Below are positions 47,702-58,500 of a DNA stretch of 64,000 nucleotides, piece after piece (the first letter of the stretch is position 1; every line of letters starts with the position of its first letter). The position numbers and the translations under genes are program-made. A model generated the notes under the pieces. That model saw nothing but the letters and a program-made list of their open reading frames with translations, ran no database searches and was not told the origin of the DNA. Source of the stretch: a virus; the IMG/VR virus record IMGVR_UViG_3300014913_000006; one strand, given 5' to 3'.

Positions 47702-48421
47702 TTAATACCCGTTGTCCACGAAACCAGGCGGTATTTTGTCTCTTTTGACAAATCTATTGCATCTTGGACACAATAATGACAAATTTTCTAAACCAAACAA
47801 TGCTAACAATTCCGATTCGTTAGATGCCGAAGATGTCGGTACAATATGATCGATATCATAACCGACATCGTCATAGTCACTTTTGCACATAGGGCATCTA
47901 TTGTTTTGTTGTCGCCTTATGCCCTCCAGATGATCACACAGTTCTTCGCCGGAATACGGAAGATGTTTAGTGAAACCTTTTTGTCCGTTGAGACGATGAT
48001 GCAATGCACTCCTTAGTCTGTTTTGATATATATAAATTGGTTTCTGCAACCTATTTCTTTGTGTGTTTCTCCTTTTTTCTTTTGAAGACGAACGCGACGA
48101 CCATTTTCGAAACTGTTCGGATTCGCACTTATTGCATCTCAATCTACCCAACCCACATCTTGTTCTGTGAGAGTGTGTCGTGTTGCCGTGTCTCGGGCAA
48201 ATTGCAATTATCTTGTTATTCCCAATTTTTGAAACGATCAATCTTTTTTGTCCACCCTGCACTCCATAAGCTTTTAAGCCTAGTTGCTTAGCCCTGCTAA
48301 TAATAGCAGTGTAGGTACGATCGAGTTTGTCGCAGCAGCCTTTGTAACCACCATTCGGATAAGCATTTTTCAATATTTCAATTTCAATGTTTGTCCATTT
48401 AGGGTATTTTTTGCTATTCAT
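47702..48421 (-). CDS. Free-standing HNH homing endonuclease
   Basis: WT..E..IL repeat N-terminus, CPMC...DIDHIVP...NLSLLCPRCN..K; AT-rich. Confidence 0.82.
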   Translation of the reverse strand: MNSKKYPKWTNIEIEILKNAYPNGGYKGCCDKLDRTYTAIISRAKQLGLKAYGVQGGQKRLIVSKIGNNKIIAICPRHGNTTHSHRTRCGLGRLRCNKCESEQFRKWSSRSSSKEKRRNTQRNRLQKPIYIYQNRLRSALHHRLNGQKGFTKHLPYSGEELCDHLEGIRRQQNNRCPMCKSDYDDVGYDIDHIVPTSSASNESELLALFGLENLSLLCPRCNRFVKRDKIPPGFVDNGY

Positions 48422-48422
48422 T

Positions 48423-51400
48423 TTAATATCCATGCGAATACAGGTTCCCGCTGGTATTATACACAAGGGTACCAGCATCTAGGAACAGGTGGAGCCCACT
48501 AGGGCCGTTATTGAACATTCCAGAGACACCCATCAAGTAAAGTGGTAATGTATCCGTCTCTTGTTCAAAGAGTCCTTCTACAAACAGATTGCCAGACGCA
48601 GCAAGTACAATTGGGACTGCACCAGACATGTACAGCGTTGCGGTTCCGAACCAACCCGGATCACATCTCAAGAACAGGCTCCATGGATCGTCATGGGAAT
48701 CGTGTGGTTGGAATCCAATTCGAGTTGGGTCATCTGGGTTGACGCTGCAAATCAGACCAACAGAGCCAGTGATCTCAATGCCGTCCGGTGGTTGACCCGG
48801 AGCGTGACCACGGATGTACAGGCTGCAAGTTTTTGGTACAGTGAAATCAGCCTTCAAGAACATCGTCCAAGCTTCGTCGCTTGTCAGATTGCCCTCTTGC
48901 GCCTTCATGAACAGGGTCCATGCTTCTGTCCCGCCTGCCGTGTATGGGTAATCCGCGTCGGCAGCTTCGAGATACAGTTTCACATTATTAAACGCCCGAT
49001 TGATGCCAGATGAGCCGGATGGTAGTGTAAAGCCATTGATGAACAGATCGAGAGATTCGGTTTTGTCGTTGTCGTCAGTTTTCAGGTATAGAGTCCAGCC
49101 ACCCCATTGTCTTCCTGTGCCGATGAACAACGGACATGTACCGCTAGCTTGGTCATATCCATACGTATACAAGGTTGGGCTTGGATCGCCATATGGGTAT
49201 GTAAAGTCGTCTGGGTCACCTGGATACGAGAAGCTACCACTTGAACAGATGAACTCTGGTCCCTTAATGAATAGGTCGCAATTCCCGCTACTGCCATTAT
49301 GCCCGAGGATGTATAACGGTGGGCTAATACCATGTCCTGCACCACCACCAACACTAGTGAAAACACCAGCCATCGTGTATAGGTCTACGCCGCTTGAATG
49401 TGGCTGCGGACCAACGATAAACAAGGTGCCAGATTCGCCAATTTCTTCGTGACCATCACCTATTCTGAGTAGCATACCAGATGGATAATTACCGCTGGTA
49501 TCAACATGTCTGTGTCCCTGTATGTAGAAATCTACGTCATCAGCTACTGGACCAAAGATAACCAACGGACAGGTGTCCTCGTATTGGAGTGGTCCTCGCG
49601 TATACAATGGTGGACCATATTCAATTCCCGCCATCGATTCGATGGCAGCAGCACCATCAGCCGCAAAGATGAAGTCTGTCAACTCGGGTGTTCTAGGTGA
49701 TGTGCCGATGTAGGCACTAGTGAATGATTCCTGTGTACGGAGATACAGGTTGGCCGTCCCACTATTTTGTAATGGCCCCTGCATGTAAAGGTTGCACCCA
49801 CGGCTTGCTAAGCCACCGGTCAATCCACTTGTTGTGCCAGCAGTATCACCTGTGGTCTCGATAACAAAGATACCGCTACCAGTTGAACCACCAAAGAAGA
49901 CTCCACTACCAGTAAACGAAAAATCGTCAACACGAGGTACGCCGTGATAGTGAACCGGGAATAGATCGTAACTGTAGATACCAGTTGGGGTTGGTGAACG
50001 TCTCTGGTTAATTTCTGGATGATTGTCATGGTTGACCCATCTGATCGAGGCACCATAGGAATTAAGGTTGACTTCGTCGTTGTATGGCTGCAGCACGCCA
50101 CTCTGTGGATCGTGGAATATTTGTTCCCCACCATTTGGCCTAGGACCTTGGCTATGGTATGTTGTACTGGTGAACGGCTGGATGTTACCAATATAAAATC
50201 CAGACGGTGGTGTTTCTTCGAGCAAGTAGGCAGATGCATCTGCCCCGTAGGCACCTAAGCCAACTTCTATAGTGACACGAAGCCCTGAGCAAATCTCGCC
50301 CGGATTGTAGCCGACCCCTGGAATTGTTGGATCATATGCGAATGCCCCCACTGTTCGCTGGATATATGTTGACGGTGGAACTATGGTTGGTCGGTACTCA
50401 TCTAGTGGTCTATTATATGTATCAACGATACTGTATAGGTCTCTCAACTCGTCTGTTGTAAAGCGACCGGCGTCGGTCCATAACACATTCTCGGCTAAGA
50501 TTATGCTACCCTGTTTGACACCACCCATTTCAGCAGGTATGATGCCACCAGTGATATTAACGCCCTGCTGTCTTACACCAACACAGTTTTCGGCTCTCCT
50601 GTTTGTTGGGTCGCTGTAGCTATATAGAGAACTAGCGGGTGGGCCAGTCAGACCAGAGCCAACATAAGTCCATGGCTGGCCGTCAAGACTTAGGTAGACC
50701 TTCATGTGGTTTGGATGGCTACCATCTATCCCACTGGCTATGAAGTCAGCATGTAAGGCAACAAAGACAATAGGATCATGGTCAATATATGTTGTCGGCC
50801 ACTCTTCCTCCCAAGTTCTGTACAATCCTGTTACTTCTGTATTCCATTCCCAAGTGGAACCGCTCGGGGTGCCATAATGGGTAGTACCTCCCCACCACAG
50901 ACCGCCGCCGCTTGGCTGCTCATATGGTACGTCACGAACATTCGTGATAACAGTGATGCCACTTTCACTCTCAATACGAATACCAAGCGTATGTGAAGCA
51001 AGAGCAATGTCTAAATCTTCGGGAAGACTCTTGCGGAACCAGCCGACCTCAGCTACGTTTCCGGAAGTGTGGGCGCCAGACATCCAAAAGACTGTGGTAA
51101 AACTGCCCGAACCAGCATATCCATAGTTTTCTGTCTCACCACAGATATTCTGCTTATATCGTTCTGATTCGTAATATCCCATCTTTGTTGATTGCCAACC
51201 ACCACCGGGAGTACGATAGTCTGTATCCATCGCTTCGCGGTAATTATATCCACCCAAATCGTCATAGTGTGGATATGTTCCATCGCCGGGTGTTGGAACA
51301 AAAGGTTCGGCCAGAATCGAGTCAGCTACATGGGCGACTGTTTTACCGGATGTACCGATAAAGGGAGTGTGCTGGAACAAGGGGGCTGGAACGTACCACG

Positions 51401-54400
51401 CTTGATCTTGCACAAATTCCGTAATGTCTCCAGCAGCACCCTGTCCATCGTGATAGTATTTGAGATAGAATACAGCGTTGGGCTCTCGGATAAGACCCGG
51501 ACCTGGATCAACCGGATTGTAGACAAAGAGATTGAGTGACGCAGTTTGTGGCTCTATAGCCTTCAGGAACAGATCGCCCGACGAAACATGAGGGGCAATG
51601 CCGTGGGCGAATAGGTCTCCAGATGTTTTGATTGATTCGTATCCGCGAATGAAGAGATCGTGCCGATCATTGTGGGGGATAATCCCAGAGCCTTGCGAAT
51701 AGAGTTGAACACCAGATGGATAATTTGGGCAGTCATCAACATTGGTGGCGTAGCCGAAAACACCATGAGTGAACAGGTTGCCGGACACCTGATGTATGTC
51801 GAGGCCATGTGTGAACAAGTCTGCATTGGCAGTTTGTATTCCGTAGATATGTAGAGAGACACCAGATGGATATTGATTATTCGAATTAAACGATTGATGA
51901 CCACATGTGACCAGATCGCCAGATGTGGTGTAGGGTGCTACCCCGCCAACATATAGATTGCTACTACCTGCTAGGTCGAGCGGCGTATCGATGAAGTTAT
52001 CCCAGTAGCCGAATAGTGTGAAATTATCTCGATCACCTGTAGCGTCTTCTGAATATACTTCAATGTCAGAATTTGCGTTGACCTGCATGTCGGTCACGAC
52101 ATATCGCGTTGAAAGCGGGGCAGCGCTAACACCTATCTTTCGTTCCAGTTTAACTGCTTTAGATCGCACGCCGACAACACGACTGTCTTCGTTTTCGTTT
52201 GTTATTATTCCGATCGACGCAACAGCACCGGATGGTACGCCACTGAGACTGACAGATTCCCAGGTACTATCAACAGTAGGATTGGCCTCATTTTGTTGAT
52301 AAAGATCGGTATAATCTCCAGGCGGCTTCTTCCAATACCCAACAACAACGGTTGGCTGCCAAGTGTTAGTAAATTCATGATATTTTTGTATTGTAGCATT
52401 GGCTCCGCTCGTTTGGAGCATGGATGTCCAGAAAGAATATCGTTCGGAAGCGTGGTCACCCCCAATCCACTTAAATTTCCGATCGGCAGGGTTCCCCACT
52501 GATCGAACACCTTGAAGCTGATTGCCATAGCTTTGGCCCTCCAAAACTTCGACAATAGCGCCACTTGGTACCCCAGCAGAATCAAGGTCTAGACTGTTCC
52601 ATGTCGATGTCGGATCGGCTGGGAGTATTGTTGCTGCTAGTTCTTGATATTCAGCACCAACCCAATATCCCATCAGGTAGAAATTGACACCACTGGGAGC
52701 ATAACACTCTATCTTTGTTCCAGACAACTGTACGTGCATAGTAGCTGCATTGTAACCACCATATGTTGGCTCAGCGGGTGCAATACTAACTCTCCTGTCT
52801 AATAATGAACCAGCGGTCCTTACGCCTACTAGCGTATCTGCGTTGACTTCTCCACTGTTGCAGATCATGATTTCGGCTGTTATGTCGGAAACGTCTGGCA
52901 CCCAGGATGCCAAGTCTTGTGTTTCCCAGGTATCTTTTGATAATGGTGTCCAAGTTCTAAAGTCTTCGATGTAATGGCACACTGTTAACTGATCGAACAC
53001 TTTCGTGTACAGATTCATGCTATTCGAACAGGGCTCTCGCACTTTGATAAACAGATTACCATTGTCGGCGTACTGTTCTGGTCCGCTGATAAACAACGGC
53101 GAAGATGGCCCACCATCTTCGTGTGAAATACCTGGATACATACCGCTGATACCACTTGTGCCGACTAGATGTGGCCCACTAAGGAACATACTGCCGGACG
53201 ATAAACAAGATTCCGGGACTTGCAGGAACATGTTGCCATTTCCTTCAAATCTCCTTGGACCCATCGTGAATAAGGGACACTTGGCGACCGGAATTCCGTC
53301 GATGTACATTTGGAGACCGCTGGGATAATCTGCTTCTTCTAATACGTTGGGTGTCTTGTGACCATGGGTAAACAATCCAACAGTGCCGTTGTCTCGCAAT
53401 GGAATTCTGGAGAGGTTGTCCCAGTATCCTATGAGTCTATATGCATATGTGCTCGACGAATTGTCTTGGTAAAATTCCGCATATGTCCCACTAGTCATGT
53501 TGACATGAACACGCATCATGCTGGCTGCGGTATCAGCCGCCACATTGATGTCACGTTGTTCCAGATATTTGTCATCATAGCTGGAATAAACTTCTCTGAT
53601 CCCCATGTCAAGGTGGCTATTCGATCTGTTTTCTAGAACGATTTCACATACTGAACCTTCTGCCACGCCGACATCTAGTGGTTCCCATTGATCGCTCACC
53701 GTGCTAGGACCAACATCGGAGAAAGCTTCGTGATATGTCCCAGGCGAGAAATCCCAGTAACCAACAACAGTGAATTCTATGTCGTCGGCAATTTCGGCAT
53801 AAAGCTGAATAGTTCCGTCCGTTCCGCTCGCCCGCACTTGCATTGTAACATAATCTTTGCCGCCAGTATCCGACACTTTGTCAAACACATGATGACGATC
53901 GAGATTTGAACCCACTTGTCGAACGCCGCCACTCAGAGGTATCTGTGCGGTGGTGTCAGTATTTGCTACAACAACATCAACAATCTTGTTTGCGTATTGA
54001 GTACCTAAGTCATAACTTTCCCAACCCGCATCTCCGGTCGCGCTAATAATATCATTGGCTTCTACATAAGTAGCACCACACCAGAAACCGGCCACCTGAA
54101 ATTTGTTGTAGTCATCATTATCTGCGTACACTTCAATATTGCCACTGTCGTCAACGGGGACAAACAGGCTGAGGTGATCATTGCTATAGCCAACAGCTTC
54201 GTGTAGGCTAAATCTACGATCCAACGAAGACCCAACAGACCTGGCACCAACAAGGTAGGAAACCGTACCTCGCGAGTTCAATAAAACCAATTCGACGACA
54301 ACTGGATCGATGTCATTGGTTAATGGAACACCATAATCGTTTACGTTGAAAGTATTCCAAGTGTCGGCGGGTGTCGTTTCGATGTATGTCGTACTTAATT

Positions 54401-55517
54401 CTGTGTAATGAACATGCTGATTACGACCTTCGATAAAGCATGTTGCTGTTTGCACAGCAATGCCCGTGCAGCCAACAAAGTTGTCCCAGTATCCAAGGAG
54501 GCTGAAATAGGGTGTTTCGCTAACGTCTTCATAGAAAAACTCGATATCTGCTGACGCATTGATCGAAGCACACATGCGACAGGTATCAAAGCCCGTTGCT
54601 CCTGCATCTATTTCGTGCAACTCCAGGGCTCGACCAAGAGTTGAACCACTTTCTCTGACACCAACCCAATTCTCATCACTTGCGCAACCATTGCCCAAGG
54701 CGAATTCACCAACTGAGTTGGCTGGTATGCCAGATTCATTCAGAGATTTGCCGTACCATGTCCCCAAGGCTGGGCCATCTTCGCCACCATTGCCATCTGG
54801 AGCACCAATATCAATAAGCCGTTCGTGATACTCTCCTGGCGGTGAAGACCAATAACCAACCAGATAGAACTCGACACTGGGCACATCTTCAGCATAGACC
54901 TGAATAGCGGCAGTATCTCCGCTGGCAACAACCGACATAGTGATGCCATCTACGCCACCGGCTTCGGCTTCGTGAATATCAATGTGACGATCCAGCAATG
55001 ATCCGCTTGTTCTAATACCGATGTCCCGACTTAGGCCATTATCAGTATTGACACCAACAACTTCGGCTACCTGTCCACCACTGACGCCATATCCAGTCAG
55101 TGATTTGTTATCCCATGTCTCGTTTGTGTCAGCGACAAAAGTCTCGAACAACTCTGTGTATTCAACACCGAGCCAATATCCCAAAATATGGAACTGGATA
55201 TTTGGATCATCAGCGGAGCCATTTGATTCGCTAAAAAATTCGACCTTACCATGAGCGTCAACCTGCGTGCATAGTCCAATGCCATCTACGCCACCGGCTT
55301 CTGCTTCATGTATATCGATTATCCGATCAACCGCTGATCCAGATTTACGAACTCCAGCCCTGTGCTCGGCGACAGAGTCACAATTTATCAAAGCAATTTC
55401 GACGACAGAATTGGGAGGAACACCCAAAGAGACTAGGCTTTTGCTAACCCAAGTACCTTCTTCGTCGCCTATCAACGACAATGTATGGTATGTTTCCTCA
55501 TAATGTCGATAAATCAT
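48423..55517 (-). CDS. Giant repeat-rich tail fibre / receptor-binding-like virion protein
   Basis: 2364 aa; about seven ~105-aa repeats (GVR..GS.LDR...GYW), many short SGxLxL(F/Y)xxG repeats, LamG-like and cohesin-like segments; follows the tape measure gene. Confidence 0.65.
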   Translation of the reverse strand: MIYRHYEETYHTLSLIGDEEGTWVSKSLVSLGVPPNSVVEIALINCDSVAEHRAGVRKSGSAVDRIIDIHEAEAGGVDGIGLCTQVDAHGKVEFFSESNGSADDPNIQFHILGYWLGVEYTELFETFVADTNETWDNKSLTGYGVSGGQVAEVVGVNTDNGLSRDIGIRTSGSLLDRHIDIHEAEAGGVDGITMSVVASGDTAAIQVYAEDVPSVEFYLVGYWSSPPGEYHERLIDIGAPDGNGGEDGPALGTWYGKSLNESGIPANSVGEFALGNGCASDENWVGVRESGSTLGRALELHEIDAGATGFDTCRMCASINASADIEFFYEDVSETPYFSLLGYWDNFVGCTGIAVQTATCFIEGRNQHVHYTELSTTYIETTPADTWNTFNVNDYGVPLTNDIDPVVVELVLLNSRGTVSYLVGARSVGSSLDRRFSLHEAVGYSNDHLSLFVPVDDSGNIEVYADNDDYNKFQVAGFWCGATYVEANDIISATGDAGWESYDLGTQYANKIVDVVVANTDTTAQIPLSGGVRQVGSNLDRHHVFDKVSDTGGKDYVTMQVRASGTDGTIQLYAEIADDIEFTVVGYWDFSPGTYHEAFSDVGPSTVSDQWEPLDVGVAEGSVCEIVLENRSNSHLDMGIREVYSSYDDKYLEQRDINVAADTAASMMRVHVNMTSGTYAEFYQDNSSSTYAYRLIGYWDNLSRIPLRDNGTVGLFTHGHKTPNVLEEADYPSGLQMYIDGIPVAKCPLFTMGPRRFEGNGNMFLQVPESCLSSGSMFLSGPHLVGTSGISGMYPGISHEDGGPSSPLFISGPEQYADNGNLFIKVREPCSNSMNLYTKVFDQLTVCHYIEDFRTWTPLSKDTWETQDLASWVPDVSDITAEIMICNSGEVNADTLVGVRTAGSLLDRRVSIAPAEPTYGGYNAATMHVQLSGTKIECYAPSGVNFYLMGYWVGAEYQELAATILPADPTSTWNSLDLDSAGVPSGAIVEVLEGQSYGNQLQGVRSVGNPADRKFKWIGGDHASERYSFWTSMLQTSGANATIQKYHEFTNTWQPTVVVGYWKKPPGDYTDLYQQNEANPTVDSTWESVSLSGVPSGAVASIGIITNENEDSRVVGVRSKAVKLERKIGVSAAPLSTRYVVTDMQVNANSDIEVYSEDATGDRDNFTLFGYWDNFIDTPLDLAGSSNLYVGGVAPYTTSGDLVTCGHQSFNSNNQYPSGVSLHIYGIQTANADLFTHGLDIHQVSGNLFTHGVFGYATNVDDCPNYPSGVQLYSQGSGIIPHNDRHDLFIRGYESIKTSGDLFAHGIAPHVSSGDLFLKAIEPQTASLNLFVYNPVDPGPGLIREPNAVFYLKYYHDGQGAAGDITEFVQDQAWYVPAPLFQHTPFIGTSGKTVAHVADSILAEPFVPTPGDGTYPHYDDLGGYNYREAMDTDYRTPGGGWQSTKMGYYESERYKQNICGETENYGYAGSGSFTTVFWMSGAHTSGNVAEVGWFRKSLPEDLDIALASHTLGIRIESESGITVITNVRDVPYEQPSGGGLWWGGTTHYGTPSGSTWEWNTEVTGLYRTWEEEWPTTYIDHDPIVFVALHADFIASGIDGSHPNHMKVYLSLDGQPWTYVGSGLTGPPASSLYSYSDPTNRRAENCVGVRQQGVNITGGIIPAEMGGVKQGSIILAENVLWTDAGRFTTDELRDLYSIVDTYNRPLDEYRPTIVPPSTYIQRTVGAFAYDPTIPGVGYNPGEICSGLRVTIEVGLGAYGADASAYLLEETPPSGFYIGNIQPFTSTTYHSQGPRPNGGEQIFHDPQSGVLQPYNDEVNLNSYGASIRWVNHDNHPEINQRRSPTPTGIYSYDLFPVHYHGVPRVDDFSFTGSGVFFGGSTGSGIFVIETTGDTAGTTSGLTGGLASRGCNLYMQGPLQNSGTANLYLRTQESFTSAYIGTSPRTPELTDFIFAADGAAAIESMAGIEYGPPLYTRGPLQYEDTCPLVIFGPVADDVDFYIQGHRHVDTSGNYPSGMLLRIGDGHEEIGESGTLFIVGPQPHSSGVDLYTMAGVFTSVGGGAGHGISPPLYILGHNGSSGNCDLFIKGPEFICSSGSFSYPGDPDDFTYPYGDPSPTLYTYGYDQASGTCPLFIGTGRQWGGWTLYLKTDDNDKTESLDLFINGFTLPSGSSGINRAFNNVKLYLEAADADYPYTAGGTEAWTLFMKAQEGNLTSDEAWTMFLKADFTVPKTCSLYIRGHAPGQPPDGIEITGSVGLICSVNPDDPTRIGFQPHDSHDDPWSLFLRCDPGWFGTATLYMSGAVPIVLAASGNLFVEGLFEQETDTLPLYLMGVSGMFNNGPSGLHLFLDAGTLVYNTSGNLYSHGY
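54944..55310 (-). repeat. Nucleotide-level direct repeat encoding HEAEAGGVDGI in adjacent protein repeats
   Basis: ATGCCATCTACGCCACCGGCTTC occurs near 54943 and 55279 on the + strand. Confidence 0.75.
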
Positions 55518-55527
55518 ATCTTACCGC

Positions 55528-58500
55528 CTAAGTTAACGCACTCTCAAAAGCGTTCGCCGCTTCTGAGCTACCAGCCGAACGAGCCAAATGCTGAAGAACA
55601 GCATTGATTTCGGCTTTAGCCACCCTTGTTGCAACAGCTTCGAAATCCGCTGTGAATTCTTTCGCCGCTGCTCCAACGCCGGAAACATCCACTTTGATAT
55701 CGCTCATAGTCTCGATGTCAATACCAATGCCCTCTTCCATCGCTCCCGCGACCCTGGCCATCCCCTCATTAAGATTGCCCATGCTCTCCTGAGATTTGTC
55801 TATGACTTCGTTGTTTGCAGCAATCGCCTCAGTATTGTCGTCCAACCCCAGAACTTCCAGTGGCTTCTTTTGTCCAGACGCAGCACGATCAGCTTCCTGT
55901 TGCGTCTGAGCTTCAATAGCCATAGCCACCGAATCAACTCTATCACCCAGGGCATTTACCGCCTCTGTGGTTTGCGAAATAGCCTCACGAGCACCCTCCC
56001 CGCCAGCGCCGCCAGCAGCAGCCTCTTGTTGTCCAGCCAACGCCTCTCTCTGTGCGTCAGCGATAGCCTGCATCTGCCCGACAGATTCGTTCATACCCTG
56101 ACTCGCCACGACCATGTCGGTTCCACCAGTACGCATATCTGTTGAAGCCGTCCGCATCTCTTCTGTGGATCGTGTTGTCGCGTCAGCAGCCATACGTGTC
56201 TCAGAAGCAGCCTGTTGGATATCTGCCGCCGATGCAGAAATATCTTCAAAGGCACGAGGTGCAGCCTCTTGTTCCCCCATCGGTTGCTGTGCGGCAGGGG
56301 TCAGACTGCGCAGATAATCCTGCATTGCTGGCGTTAACTGTGGCACGAGTTCCTCTGGTTGACGAGCCACCTCTGGGCGTTCGATCATTGACTGAAGACT
56401 ATTGCTAAGATCATTCAGACTGCGGTTCAAAGCACCAATATGCTCGACCTCTCTGATCCCAGGCTCTTGCGCCTGTGACCTTAGTGACTCAGCAGCAGCC
56501 TTGGCTACCTCTGCAGGGTCTAGTCCGCTGTCTTGGATCATCTTGGGAATATCGTAGATGAATCCTTTGAACTCACGGAAGCTCTCTGCCAATTCGATAT
56601 TGGCTGAAGCCTGATCTTGTTGACCACGATTCAGTTGACCGAGCACCTTGCTTTCAGCAGTTGAAGCAGCCGCCTGGAGCATTGTCTCCATGACCCTACC
56701 CATGTCGCCACCGAACAAGGCTGATTGTAGATTCCTCTGATCCATCGTTCTCTGCTGTTCTGTCCGACGAGCTTCTGGAACATGTCGCCTCTCCGTGTAA
56801 ACCCGACCCTCTGGCGTAACCTTAGTGTCAAGCGCACCAGCACCTCGCTCCAAATCTTGTTTGGTGAGAGATGAGGTAAACGCCTTGACCGCAGAAGCAC
56901 TTTCTCTCAAGGCTTGTGCAAAGATGTCAGCAGGCTCTTCGAAAGCTTGAGCCACGTCGATCGCAGCTTGAGCCTCGATAAATTGTCGCTGCCGACTGAT
57001 CAATTCACTCATTTGCTTACTACTACTTGCCAGATTCTCTGCTGCCTGAGCGGCCCATTCCTCATTGAAGTCATAGCCCAATCCACGTCGCTCTTCCTGT
57101 TGCTCAGATAAAGCCTGCGGTGCCATTTGTGCCATCTTCGCCAACTGCGCCAAAGCCACCTGCAAGTTCAAGACCTCAGTAGCAGAATCAATAGCTGCTT
57201 GTTGCAGACCCCGGCTTGCACCCTCACCGGTTTTCTGTGCTTCTGCAACCTTACGGTTCAGTTCAGCGTGCCTATTGTAACTCTCTTCATACTGCTTCAA
57301 GACTTCTCCGACGACATCTCCATTCTGTGCCAGATCAATCATCACGTCATTCGCATCCACAAACCCCATAGCGAATCCTGGTGGGAACTGGATATCCAAA
57401 CCAGCTAACTGCATGGCATTCTGGAAACTGCGGATAATGGTGTCACCCAACTCTGATGTACCAACATCTACCCCAGCCAAAAGCTCTTCGCCAGCCAGTG
57501 CTAGATTCAACTGTTGTGCCTGGGCATCCATCCAAGTCTTGAAAGTATCAATGGCCGCTTCGTAGAATGGTTGTTGTTTCCCAAGCACATCCTGGAACGC
57601 CTTCTGGATCGATTCTGAATCCATCACCACACCAGCCTGATCAACCAACATACCCTTCAGTTGTCCACCAAGATTTGCAGCAGCAGCCCTAAATGCCGCT
57701 TCGGCTTCAGGTGGAATTTGTTCTGGATATTCCTCTATGAACTTGTCGATGTAATCCTCCAGGACATCAAACGGGTCAACCTGTGGATCACCAAGCAGTG
57801 ATCTTAGTGAATCAGCATTGGCCTTGCTTTTGATCATAGACTTCATAAACTCTTCGAGAGCGGTCCCGACCCGAGCCATGTCTGTCGTAAACCCTTTTAG
57901 TTCTTCAAACTGACTCAGATCAAGGAAGTCACCCATTTTCCCTGTTCTGGCAATTTCTTCAACAGCCTCTCTTGTGTACTCGCCTCCAGGCTTAGCAACA
58001 CTAACATCTTGTCCAACCAACTGGCTCAGCTTGTCAAATGTCTCAACGTTGGTTTGAATCGATCTTGCCGCATTTCCAACAGCATCACTCAACAGACCAA
58101 GCTCATGACTGAGTTGCACTGGTACATGCAATCGCTCAAAGTCACTAGAAGCCTTTTCGATAGCGTTGGCCAACTTGGTTACCTTGACATCCATCTGAAC
58201 CTGATCGATACTCGCTGCGATTTTCTCAAGTCCACCAAGTTGAGTGATCATAGCCTGACGAACACGGGCTGCGGCTTCCGCATTACCACCAAAAGCTTCT
58301 GTCAATATCTGGTCGAAACCAGCTTCCAAACCACCGGCACCAAACTCTTCAACGGCACGTTGAAGAATCTCATTAAGCAATTCTGGATTCTTGCCAACGA
58401 TCGTCTCTAGTATCTCCTGGGCCTCGGTATCGCCAACGGTTACTAAACCTTCACCCTTAAACAAATTAGCCACACGAGGACCAATATTGGCAAAAACGTC

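Noticed and set aside
37557-55517. Diversity-generating retroelement acting on fibre genes
   Set aside because: No reverse transcriptase and no template/variable repeat pair differing at adenines noticed in this window.
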